From: Candidatus Nomurabacteria bacterium
Lineage (GTDB): Bacteria; Patescibacteriota; Minisyncoccia; Phycocordibacterales; UBA918
Direction: 5' to 3'
DNA: 50,240 bases
Assembly (NCBI GenBank): GCA_020632135.1
Contig: JACKGC010000001.1
Span: forward strand, 1-50,240
The notes beneath the pieces were generated by a model. That model was not told where the DNA came from. It was given only the letters and a program-made list of their open reading frames with translations, and ran no database searches. The translations under genes and the position numbers were made by a program. Positions 1 to 9,766 of this stretch are shown here, piece after piece (position 1 is the stretch's first letter; the number at the start of each line of letters is the position of its first letter).

Positions 1-308
1 GCCCGAGGATTCGAAGCCCGATTGAGCTGGATTGTGAGCCTGCGAAACAATCCAGCCAATTGGGGTACTGAAACTGTAAGTTTCGAGTCCTCGTGGACCC
101 GCGAGTACCGAAAAAAGTCCGTCAGGACTTTTTTCGTTTGTACGAGCGAGGTCCACGAGGACGAGAACCGAGTCGCGGCGAAGCCCGCAGCCGGAGCGAA
201 GCGGAGGCGAGGACCGCGACGAGTGGAGGTCAAGGGAGCGAGCTATTTTTGAGTCTGCAAGACGAACAAAATAGCCGCGAGAGTGACCGAGTCCTCGTGG
301 ACCCGCCA
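1..308 (+). mobile_element. Two stacked target-duplicating structured inserts downstream of a tRNA that lies outside the window (left end truncated)
   Basis: The tRNA-like 3' end CGAGTCCTCGTGGACCCGC occurs at 84-102 and 288-306, the second followed by CA to give CCA. An antisense copy GGTCCACGAGGAC sits at 150-162. GAAGCCCGATTGAG (13-26) and CCAATTGGGGTACTGAA (56-72) are identical to 9839-9852 and 9881-9897. Confidence 0.7.
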
Positions 309-310
309 AA

Positions 311-342
311 AAACCGCCGGCAGCTTCGCTGCCGGCGGTTCT
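311..342. terminator. GC-rich palindrome / bidirectional terminator with a 21-bp REP-like core
   Basis: AACCGCCGGCAGC-TTC-GCTGCCGGCGGTT with A/T tails, between the insert and the convergent pilin gene. The core recurs in reverse orientation at 30545-30565. Confidence 0.7.
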
Positions 343-350
343 TGTGCACC

Positions 351-1259
351 CTAATTACAAGTGCAACCAGCCTTCAAGTCGTAGTGGTACGGATCATTAG
401 GATAATTCTTCCACACCAGACAAGAACTGTTAGCGGCTGCCTGCACGTTCGGGCTACCATGATTTATGCCACTGATGTCAACGCCGATGCCTGATGAGTG
501 TGTAGAATTTGTTTGTGCCACCGCTCCACACATAGGCAGACCATGCTTCAACCGATCTGACTCGATCGCAGCTTTGATGTCGTTACAAGCTGGCTCAGAA
601 ATACTGTTGAGCTGACAAGCCTTCGTGCTCACTTCATACAAGTGCGCTTGATATGCGGGCGGCCGATACGCAGAGGTGACCGTACCTCCTACCAAGCCGG
701 TAAACTTAGCTACACATGCCTGCAGCGCACTATTGTTCCAAATCACAGTCTGTCCATTTTCCATCTGCTGTGCCAACGGATCAGTGATTGGTGACAGTGG
801 CGTGACCGGACACACCCCAGGTTGGGTTGATGTTGCTGTAGGTGATTGTCCAGTACCAGTAAACTGCGTCGAGCACTCCACCTTCGACCACACTCCATAG
901 CCACTGATCTCTCCATTACCACCAGCCAGCAGACCCTTCATGACCGTATCTACCAAGAGCCACGCTGCGAGCACGATCACTAGCCCCACCACGGCGTTCG
1001 TCATCTTGCTCTTGGCCGCCGACTTCGCTTCAGTGTTACCACCCGAAGTCACGAGCCCAAAGCCTGCAATGGCTGCCACACCAGCAAACACTACAAACAA
1101 CACCCCAATGAGCCAGACCAAGATCTTATTGGCCATCGAAACGAAGTGGCAGGCCGAACACTCAGCACCACTACATGGCACAAACCCCTGCGCACTTGCC
1201 GCTTCCGGTAAGAACACCACCGCCAACACAGCCAGAGAAAAAAGAATATTCTTGGTCAT
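351..1259 (-). CDS. TrbC/VirB2-like CPR pilin fused to a C-terminal peptidase M15-like (D,D-peptidase fold) Zn domain, about 302 aa
   Basis: Start MTKNILF chosen over the ORF-track start at 1361. It has a signal-like N-terminus, FVPC..C..CH and a two-TM pilin core (AGFGLVTSGGNTEAKSAAKSKMTNAVVGLVIVLAAWL). The C-terminus has TSAYRP, STHSSGIGVD (H-x6-D) and DPYHY, which match the M15 Zn ligands. Confidence 0.75.
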   Translation of the reverse strand: MTKNILFSLAVLAVVFLPEAASAQGFVPCSGAECSACHFVSMANKILVWLIGVLFVVFAGVAAIAGFGLVTSGGNTEAKSAAKSKMTNAVVGLVIVLAAWLLVDTVMKGLLAGGNGEISGYGVWSKVECSTQFTGTGQSPTATSTQPGVCPVTPLSPITDPLAQQMENGQTVIWNNSALQACVAKFTGLVGGTVTSAYRPPAYQAHLYEVSTKACQLNSISEPACNDIKAAIESDRLKHGLPMCGAVAQTNSTHSSGIGVDISGINHGSPNVQAAANSSCLVWKNYPNDPYHYDLKAGCTCN

Positions 1260-1360
1260 AAAATGAATATAATGCGGCATGGCTGGGTAATTATCTCGTA
1301 ATTCCTTTACTGCAGTATAGCACTCACACTTTCTCGCCCACACTGAGTTGTAGACAGGCA

Positions 1361-1756
1361 CTACCCACCTGAGCAGCTAATCGTGTTCCAAAAACCACTT
1401 CCCAGATCATCTGAATCCACCAATGACTTCATCACAAAATCAATGATCAGCCACGCTGCCAGCACGATCGCAAACCCAATAGCAGCATTGACCATCATAC
1501 TTTTTGCAGATTGTTTTGCGGCCGGGTTGCCACCAGAAGTCACTAAGCGCATTCCCGATACGATAAAGAGAATAGCGGTGATCGTTCCCAAAACCGCCAC
1601 CAACCACGTCACAACGTTGTCCATAAGGGACACCACATGACAAAATTCACACGCTGTTTCCCCAGGTCCACCACACGGCACCAAACCAGCTGCGAGCGCC
1701 ATACTCGGCATAAACGATACCACCGCAACCAATAATGGGAGAAACACACGAACCAT
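1361..1756 (-). CDS. TrbC/VirB2-like CPR pilin, 131 aa
   Basis: Start MVRVF. It has GLVPCGGPGETACEFCH, two hydrophobic helices and SGGNPAAKQSAKSMMVNAAIGFAIVLAAWLII, and is a paralogue of the adjacent gene. Confidence 0.85.
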   Translation of the reverse strand: MVRVFLPLLVAVVSFMPSMALAAGLVPCGGPGETACEFCHVVSLMDNVVTWLVAVLGTITAILFIVSGMRLVTSGGNPAAKQSAKSMMVNAAIGFAIVLAAWLIIDFVMKSLVDSDDLGSGFWNTISCSGG

Positions 1757-1849
1757 AGCGCCATCATAGCACAGCCAGGCTTTGAAAAATGCGCAAGGTG
1801 TGATATTTTGGTGCAACTTGCAGACACCCCTGCAACACAATTCATGTAA

Positions 1850-2056
1850 TTGCGTCGGTGGTGGAGTGGATGAGAAATGAATTTGATTCATTTCTCATCT
1901 GTTCTTCGAGCGAAGCGAGAAGATTGACCGTTGTGAGTAAAAACGAACCGGTCAAAGGAGGACACTGTAATTGACCACGCAGATGATCTGCTGGGTCTAC
2001 CAGATTACAGATCTCCTACAACACAACTTAATATCTTTGCGTCGGTGGTGGAGTGG
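1850..2056 (-). mobile_element. Target-duplicating insert on the 5' side of tRNA-Tyr
   Basis: A 20-bp direct repeat TTGCGTCGGTGGTGGAGTGG lies at 1850-1869 and 2037-2056 (the tRNA 5' end). There is a 13-bp hairpin at 1870-1898, and an internal ATTGACCAC is the reverse complement of the tRNA D-arm GTGGTCAAT. Confidence 0.65.
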
Positions 2057-2121
2057 TCAATCACAACAGACTGTAAATCTGTCGGCTTATGCCTTCGCTG
2101 GTTCGAATCCAGCCCGGCGCA
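2039..2121 (+). tRNA. tRNA-Tyr (GTA)
   Basis: Acceptor GCGTCGG/CCGGCGC, anticodon arm ACAGA-CTGTAAA-TCTGT, long variable arm and T-loop GTTCGAATCC. CCA is not encoded in this copy. Confidence 0.95.
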
Positions 2122-2343
2122 CGAGTACAAAAATGAGCATCCTTATTGGATGCCATTTTTGTTCGTGCGGCGGGAGAAAGCAAACTGCTTTGCTTTCGTC
2201 TGGATTCGAAGCTCCGGACGATGTTTTGTGAGCTTTCCAAGCGAACAAAACGAGGAGGAGCCGTCCAAGAAACCGAGTCTCGTTTGCGAGCGGAGCAAAA
2301 CAAACGAGCCGGTATTCGGGGACGAATCCAGCCCGGCGCACCA
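2104..2343 (+). mobile_element. Target-duplicating insert on the 3' side of tRNA-Tyr
   Basis: A 19-bp direct repeat CGAATCCAGCCCGGCGCAC lies at 2104-2122 and 2323-2341, the second followed by CA. The antisense target is split as 2163-2174 plus 2200-2210 around a 25-nt hairpin (2175-2199). The core at 2260-2322 is homologous to 47260-47323. Confidence 0.8.
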
Positions 2344-2375
2344 AAAAGCGGCCCTTGCGGGGGCCGCTTTTCTTT
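2344..2375. terminator. Bidirectional intrinsic terminator between the tRNA-Tyr locus and clpB
   Basis: AAAAGCGGCCC-TTGCG-GGGCCGCTTTT followed by a T-rich run. Confidence 0.8.
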
Positions 2376-2380
2376 TGACT

Positions 2381-5092
<2,712 letters not shown>

Positions 5093-5203
5093 GGTGTTTA
5101 AATTCATTTATACGGTACTCGGTCAAGCGGTTATTTCTCCTGTGGCAAAGCAGGCCGTTATTCAGTAGTACGTACCAGTACTTTGTATATTGCAATGAAA
5201 CGA

Positions 5204-6421
5204 CTAGTGAGTCAAACCCCTCATAAGCGCACAGTGCGCCATAAGCGCTGTAACAAGAGCGTGGAGGTCCTCGTTGGTGGTACCAGGGCCAATGGTGAAG
5301 CGGAGGGTGGAGGCGGCGCGGGCGGCGTCAGCTGAGGTGGCTTTCACCACCGTGCTCTCACCGCCGCCCGCGCCGCTACAGGCTGACTTGGTACTGACCG
5401 CAAACCCCTTGCTGTCGAGCCAGACAGCGGCGTACTCGGTATCAAAGCCAAGGATAGAAATGTTGATATTATTTGCCAAGCGATCTTCTCCCGTTGGGCC
5501 ATTCAAAATCGCGTTAGGAATTGTTTCTAGGAGCCCTTTGATTCCTCCATCTCGCACACTGCGGGCTCGCTTCGCTCGCTCGCACCAATCGCTCTGGGCC
5601 ACTTCTAACGCCACCGCTGCTCCTACGATACCTGCCACGTTCTCTGTGCCTGGCCTAAGTCCAGCTTCTTGGCCGCCGCCGAAGGCGGCGGCCACAAGTT
5701 CCACCCGCCGACTACGCACCAGCACCCCTACCCCTTTCGGTCCACAGAATTTTCCTGCGTCAAGCACCATCACATCAGCACCAGTACTACCAAACTGACA
5801 ATTGAGCCAGAGCGGCGCTTGCGCCGCATCGAGATGAAACATGATCTTCGTGCCATATGTTTCCTCAGCCTCGCGCAGCACTTTCTTAATCCCATGAAGT
5901 TTCTGCACCACACCGATCTCACTGTTGGCATACGCAACCGAGAAAAGTACCGTTTTTTCTGAAAGCAGCTCACGCAAATGTGCGAGCTCAACAACTCCCT
6001 CCTCATCAACATCAACGTACTTCACCACTACCCCACGCCGCTTAAGAGCGCTCATAGTATTCATAACAGACGGATGTTCAATGCGCGTCGTGATCACTTC
6101 CATTTCTGCGGAGGCCTTTCCTTCGCACGTTGTACTTGCGGAGGCCTTTCCTTCGCACATTGCTTCGAGAGAGCCTAAAATAGCCAAATTGTTAGCCTCA
6201 GTGCCGCCAGACGTGAAGGTGATGAACTCTGGGCGGACCTGGAGAACGCGCGCGACTCCGTCGCGCGCGTTCTCCACCGCCCGCCTGGCCACCTGCCCCT
6301 CTTGGTGAATCGCGCTCGCGTTACCAAAGTCACCCTCAAGAAACGGCAACATCGCCACTTTTGCCTCCGGCAAAAGTGGCGTCGCCGCCGCCCAGTCTAG
6401 ATAAATCCTTTTCTCTTGCAT
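5204..6421 (-). CDS. Cysteine desulfurase (IscS/NifS family, class V aminotransferase)
   Basis: IYLDWAATP, FTSGGTEANN, HLDAAQ, the PLP lysine in AGKFCGPKG, RPGTEN and the catalytic Cys in SACSG. Start MQEK chosen. Confidence 0.92.
   Translation of the reverse strand: MQEKRIYLDWAAATPLLPEAKVAMLPFLEGDFGNASAIHQEGQVARRAVENARDGVARVLQVRPEFITFTSGGTEANNLAILGSLEAMCEGKASASTTCEGKASAEMEVITTRIEHPSVMNTMSALKRRGVVVKYVDVDEEGVVELAHLRELLSEKTVLFSVAYANSEIGVVQKLHGIKKVLREAEETYGTKIMFHLDAAQAPLWLNCQFGSTGADVMVLDAGKFCGPKGVGVLVRSRRVELVAAAFGGGQEAGLRPGTENVAGIVGAAVALEVAQSDWCERAKRARSVRDGGIKGLLETIPNAILNGPTGEDRLANNINISILGFDTEYAAVWLDSKGFAVSTKSACSGAGGGESTVVKATSADAARAASTLRFTIGPGTTNEDLHALVTALMAHCALMRGLTH
6107..6158. repeat. 22-bp direct repeat (30-bp period) in frame inside the desulfurase gene
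   Basis: TGCGGAGGCCTTTCCTTCGCAC at 6107-6128 and 6137-6158, translated as CEGKASA twice. Confidence 0.9.
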
Positions 6422-6583
6422 AAATCGCATCATGCCACGCGCGTATGAATATGTAAATAAAATGACCTGTGTACCGCCAGCACTCACAATTACCTAGCCA
6501 CAACCCCCTTTCTCTGCTATACTCCGGCGTAATTATTGGCTAATTTACACACCCATTGGGTGTTTTTAACGTACGGGATACTT

Positions 6584-8095
6584 ATGGCAAAAAAAGTAAA
6601 ACAAGCAGCTCCGAATGTGGTAAAGCGACCACCGGTCGTGGTGGTTATGGGTCATATTGACCACGGCAAGTCAACCCTGCTCGACACGCTCCGCATGAGC
6701 AACATTGTCGACGGCGAAGCTGGAGGTATCACTCAGCACCTCTCCGCCTACGTGGTGCCACACAAGACCAAAGATGGGGCAGAAGAAACTATCACCTTCC
6801 TCGACACTCCAGGCCACGCTGCGTTTCAAAAAATGCGCCTGCGTGGTGCTGACGTTGCTGACGTTGCCATTCTCATGGTCTCTGCTGAGGACGGCGTGAA
6901 GCCGCAGACCCTCGAAGCACTCGAGAGCATAAAAGCAGCCAACATTCCGTATGTCGTAGCCATCAACAAGATCGACAAACCAGGTGCTGACGTCCAGCGC
7001 ACCAAGAATACCCTCATCGAGAATGAGATCTACATCGAAGGCATGGGCGGCGATGTGCCATGGGCAGCTATTTCTGCTAAACAAGGCGAAGGGATCGACG
7101 AGCTACTTGATCTCGTCATCCTCGCTGCTGACCTTGCAGAGCTACGAGGCGACACCAACGCCTCAGCTGTCGGCAAGGTTATTGAGGGTAAGGTGGACCC
7201 GAAACGCGGCAACACCGCGACTCTCATCGTGACCAACGGTACCCTCAAGAGCGGGCAATTTGTCGTAGCTGGTGAAACCTACTCCCCTGTACGAATCATG
7301 GAAGATTTCCAAGGCAAGACAGTGAAGGAAGCAGGACTGTCTGCCCCAGTACGAATCGTTGGCTTTACCGATACCCCTGTAGTAGGGATCGAATTCACTA
7401 CTGTAGCGAACAAGAAAGAGGCGGAAGCAACTGTACTCGAACATAAGGCCGGCAGCGAAGCTGCCAGCCCGACCATCGCCAAAAAGAGCAATCTCCCCGT
7501 GATACCACTCCTCATTAAAGCTGATGTACTTGGTACCCTCGATGCTATTGAACACGAACTCGAGAAATTTGAATCAGACCGTATCACGGTGAAAGTGATC
7601 GACAAGGGAGTAGGTGACGTAACTGTAAATGACGTTCAGAACGTGGCCGCTACTGAAGACGCCATCATTGTTGGTTTTAGTGTAAAAGTGGAGCGCCCTG
7701 CACAAGATCTAGCCGAGCGCCTAGGAGTGGAGATCGATACTTTTGATATCATCTACGAGCTGTCTGAGTGGCTTGAGACTGCCCTGAAGAACCGCACGCC
7801 AAAGAAAGAGGAGCAGGTCGAAACTGGCAGCGTAAAGATCCTTAAGCACTTTAGTATGCAAAAGCATGTCCACGTCATGGGTGGCCGCATCGATGAGGGA
7901 GTGATCAAGCTTGGTCAAGCCGTCAAGATCCTCCGTCGCGATATCGAGATCGGTACTGGCGTGATCAAAAACCTCCAACAAGCCAAGTCAGACGTGCAAC
8001 AGGTCGAAGAAGGAGAGTTTGGTATGCAGCTTGAGACTAAGGCTGAGATCGCTCCAGGCGACTACCTCAAGCCGTATGATACTGTTATTACGTAG
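6584..8095 (+). CDS. infB: Translation initiation factor IF-2, short form lacking the long N-terminal domain
   Basis: RPPVVVVMGHIDHGKSTLLD, GGITQH, DTPGH, NKID and the C-terminal beta-barrel domains. Confidence 0.97.
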   Translation: MAKKVKQAAPNVVKRPPVVVVMGHIDHGKSTLLDTLRMSNIVDGEAGGITQHLSAYVVPHKTKDGAEETITFLDTPGHAAFQKMRLRGADVADVAILMVSAEDGVKPQTLEALESIKAANIPYVVAINKIDKPGADVQRTKNTLIENEIYIEGMGGDVPWAAISAKQGEGIDELLDLVILAADLAELRGDTNASAVGKVIEGKVDPKRGNTATLIVTNGTLKSGQFVVAGETYSPVRIMEDFQGKTVKEAGLSAPVRIVGFTDTPVVGIEFTTVANKKEAEATVLEHKAGSEAASPTIAKKSNLPVIPLLIKADVLGTLDAIEHELEKFESDRITVKVIDKGVGDVTVNDVQNVAATEDAIIVGFSVKVERPAQDLAERLGVEIDTFDIIYELSEWLETALKNRTPKKEEQVETGSVKILKHFSMQKHVHVMGGRIDEGVIKLGQAVKILRRDIEIGTGVIKNLQQAKSDVQQVEEGEFGMQLETKAEIAPGDYLKPYDTVIT

Positions 8096-8137
8096 TATAA
8101 ACCGGCGGCGGCCTTCGGCCGCCGCCAACCAACCACC

Positions 8138-8479
8138 ATGTCCGACCGTAAAATAAAGATCACCGAACTCATCATGGAACTTGCTGCCACTTTTATTCAG
8201 CATGAAGCTAACAGCGATCCGCTTATCACTGTTACAAGCGTTGATGTGTCTCCCGATATGCGACGGGCCATTATTTTTGTTACCACCATTCCTGATGGGC
8301 GTGAGTCAGATGCGCTTATTTTCCTCAAGCGCAACGCTACCAATATGCGAAATTACTTCAAGCAAAAAGCACGCCTGAAATACATACCACACCTTGAATT
8401 CATGGTTGATGCCGGGGAGCGCCACCGCCAACACATGGATGAGCTGGTGCGAGAGATCGAAGCGGGAAAGAAGAAATAA
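8138..8479 (+). CDS. rbfA: Ribosome-binding factor A
   Basis: LITVTSVDVSPDMRRA and LKYIPHLEF, directly downstream of infB as usual. Confidence 0.9.
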   Translation: MSDRKIKITELIMELAATFIQHEANSDPLITVTSVDVSPDMRRAIIFVTTIPDGRESDALIFLKRNATNMRNYFKQKARLKYIPHLEFMVDAGERHRQHMDELVREIEAGKKK

Positions 8480-8488
8480 TTAAGAAAC

Positions 8489-8517
8489 GGGCGGCCCCAA
8501 AGGGGCCGCCCAGTTTT
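8489..8517. terminator. Intrinsic terminator between convergent rbfA and tRNA-Leu
   Basis: GGGCGGCCCC-AAA-GGGGCCGCCC followed by AGTTTT. Confidence 0.8.
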
Positions 8518-8518
8518 G

Positions 8519-8602
8519 TGCCGGGAATGGGACTTGAACCCATATGACCTTGCGGTCACAACATTTTAAGTGTTGCGCGTCTACCGATTTCGCCACCCCG
8601 GC
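8519..8602 (-). tRNA. tRNA-Leu (TAA)
   Basis: The reverse complement reads GCCGGGGTGGCGAAATCGGTAGACGCG, anticodon arm CAACA-CTTAAAA-TGTTG, long variable arm, then GGTTCAAGTCCC. Confidence 0.95.
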
Positions 8603-8606
8603 AATA

Positions 8607-9089
8607 CTACTTTTTTCGCTTCTGATTTTTTCCTCGATGTGTTGACTGTAAACTATGACAGTTTGGACAGAGAATTCGTAAATTTTCTAAACGATTATCA
8701 TACCTGTCACCATTGATATGGTCGAGCTCGACCGGGATTCTACCATCTTCAGCCTGTTCTGCCCACCCACACAGTTCGCACTTAGCCTGTTTAAGCCCCG
8801 CTCGAAATAGTCGATTTTTGAGCTTATAACTCTGATAATCAGTGCCTTTTACAAGAATCTCAGACAATTCCTTCTTTGGCACAAAAGAAAATGTTCTATT
8901 TTTTCGCCAACCCTTACCTGTGAAATGACTTATATCCAAACCTTCCTCGCGGATTATTTTTTTTACCTGCTCATAATTACCCCCCGCTGGCACCAAGCCC
9001 AGCTTCTGGATAACCTCACGTATACTGAACGATTCTGTCACCGCCTTTTTGAGCTTAGAATGATCCCATTTTCGTTTTCTTGGCACCAT
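8607..9089 (-). CDS. Free-standing HNH endonuclease, 160 aa
   Basis: CELCGW...ELDHINGDRYDNRLENLRILCPNCH with a helical N-terminal DNA-binding region. It is more AT-rich than its flanks and stops 4 bp before tRNA-Leu. Confidence 0.9.
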   Translation of the reverse strand: MVPRKRKWDHSKLKKAVTESFSIREVIQKLGLVPAGGNYEQVKKIIREEGLDISHFTGKGWRKNRTFSFVPKKELSEILVKGTDYQSYKLKNRLFRAGLKQAKCELCGWAEQAEDGRIPVELDHINGDRYDNRLENLRILCPNCHSLQSTHRGKNQKRKK

Positions 9090-9171
9090 ACGAGTGTACC
9101 ATATGAATACACGTATTCCACACAAATCTTTTCCTTATCTTGCTAATTAATGCTATAGTGTCACGCATTAC

Positions 9172-9243
9172 GTCCTGGTGGTGAAGTGGAAACACCGAAG
9201 TCTGCAAAACTTCTATGCGCGGGTTCGATTCCCGCCCAGGACT
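9172..9243 (+). tRNA. tRNA-Cys (GCA)
   Basis: Acceptor GTCCTGG/CCAGGAC, anticodon arm GAAGT-CTGCAAA-ACTTC, T arm GCGGGTTCGATTCCCGC and discriminator T. Confidence 0.95.
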
Positions 9244-9317
9244 CAATTTTGTACTGGATATGACCCTTGAATTATCGGTTTGTTTATTGTACACTCAGGC
9301 GCACCAACATTTTTTAT

Positions 9318-9390
9318 CCGCCTTTAGCTCAGTTGGTAGAGCAGCTCGCTCTTAACGAGACGGTCCAAGGTTCGAGTCCTTGAAGGCGGA
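9318..9390 (+). tRNA. tRNA-Lys (CTT)
   Basis: Acceptor CCGCCTT/AAGGCGG, D arm GCTC-AGTTGGTA-GAGC, anticodon loop CTCTTAA and T arm CAAGG-TTCGAGT-CCTTG. Confidence 0.93.
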
Positions 9391-9598
9391 CAGTCGTAAA
9401 ACGCAGAAGTTCCTGTCTTAGGACAGGAACTTCTGCGTTTTAGCAAGCAAACTGCTTTGCTTGCGTGCGACTGTCCGAGGCGCGGCGATGTAATTTGCTC
9501 GTTCCTAGAGCAAATTACGAGCGAGCCGGGGTCGCAGGTACTTACTAGAATTGGAGCGCAGCGAACAATTATAGTTAGTAACCTGTGACGACAGCAGT
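9391..9598 (+). mobile_element. Structured insert downstream of tRNA-Lys (same family)
   Basis: A 20-bp perfect inverted repeat is followed by the 25-nt hairpin (9442-9466) and then GCGACTGTCCG, which is antisense to the tRNA end and trailer. The core at 9521-9589 is homologous to 29353-29419. Only a short GACAG duplication is visible. Confidence 0.7.
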
Positions 9599-9684
9599 AG
9601 TCTGCGTCACTCACGGCGTTAGTCCGGGCCGCAGGCATGTTTTCGAGGACAAGCCATATATTTTCTGCTATACTCACCCCCGAC

Positions 9685-9766
9685 GCGCAGGTGGCGAAAT
9701 TGGTATACGCGCTAGTTTTAGGCACTAGTGGAGCAATCCGTGGAGGTTCAAGTCCTCTCCTGCGCA
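9685..9766 (+). tRNA. tRNA-Leu (TAG)
   Basis: Acceptor GCGCAGG/CCTGCGC, anticodon arm CTAGT-TTTAGGC-ACTAG, long variable arm and GGTTCAAGTCC. Confidence 0.95.

Noticed and set aside
1-308. Complete tRNA gene at the window start
   Set aside because: Only T-arm/acceptor 3' fragments are present, with no D or anticodon arm. The parent tRNA must lie upstream of position 1.
2104-2343. Group I/II or BHB intron in tRNA-Tyr
   Set aside because: The tRNA is already complete before the insert. The insert is too short for a self-splicing intron and lacks its conserved cores. An RNA-level role is kept only as a secondary hypothesis.
5093-5203. CIRCE/CtsR heat-shock operator upstream of clpB
   Set aside because: No TTAGCACTC-N9-GAGTGCTAA or CtsR heptad repeat is visible.
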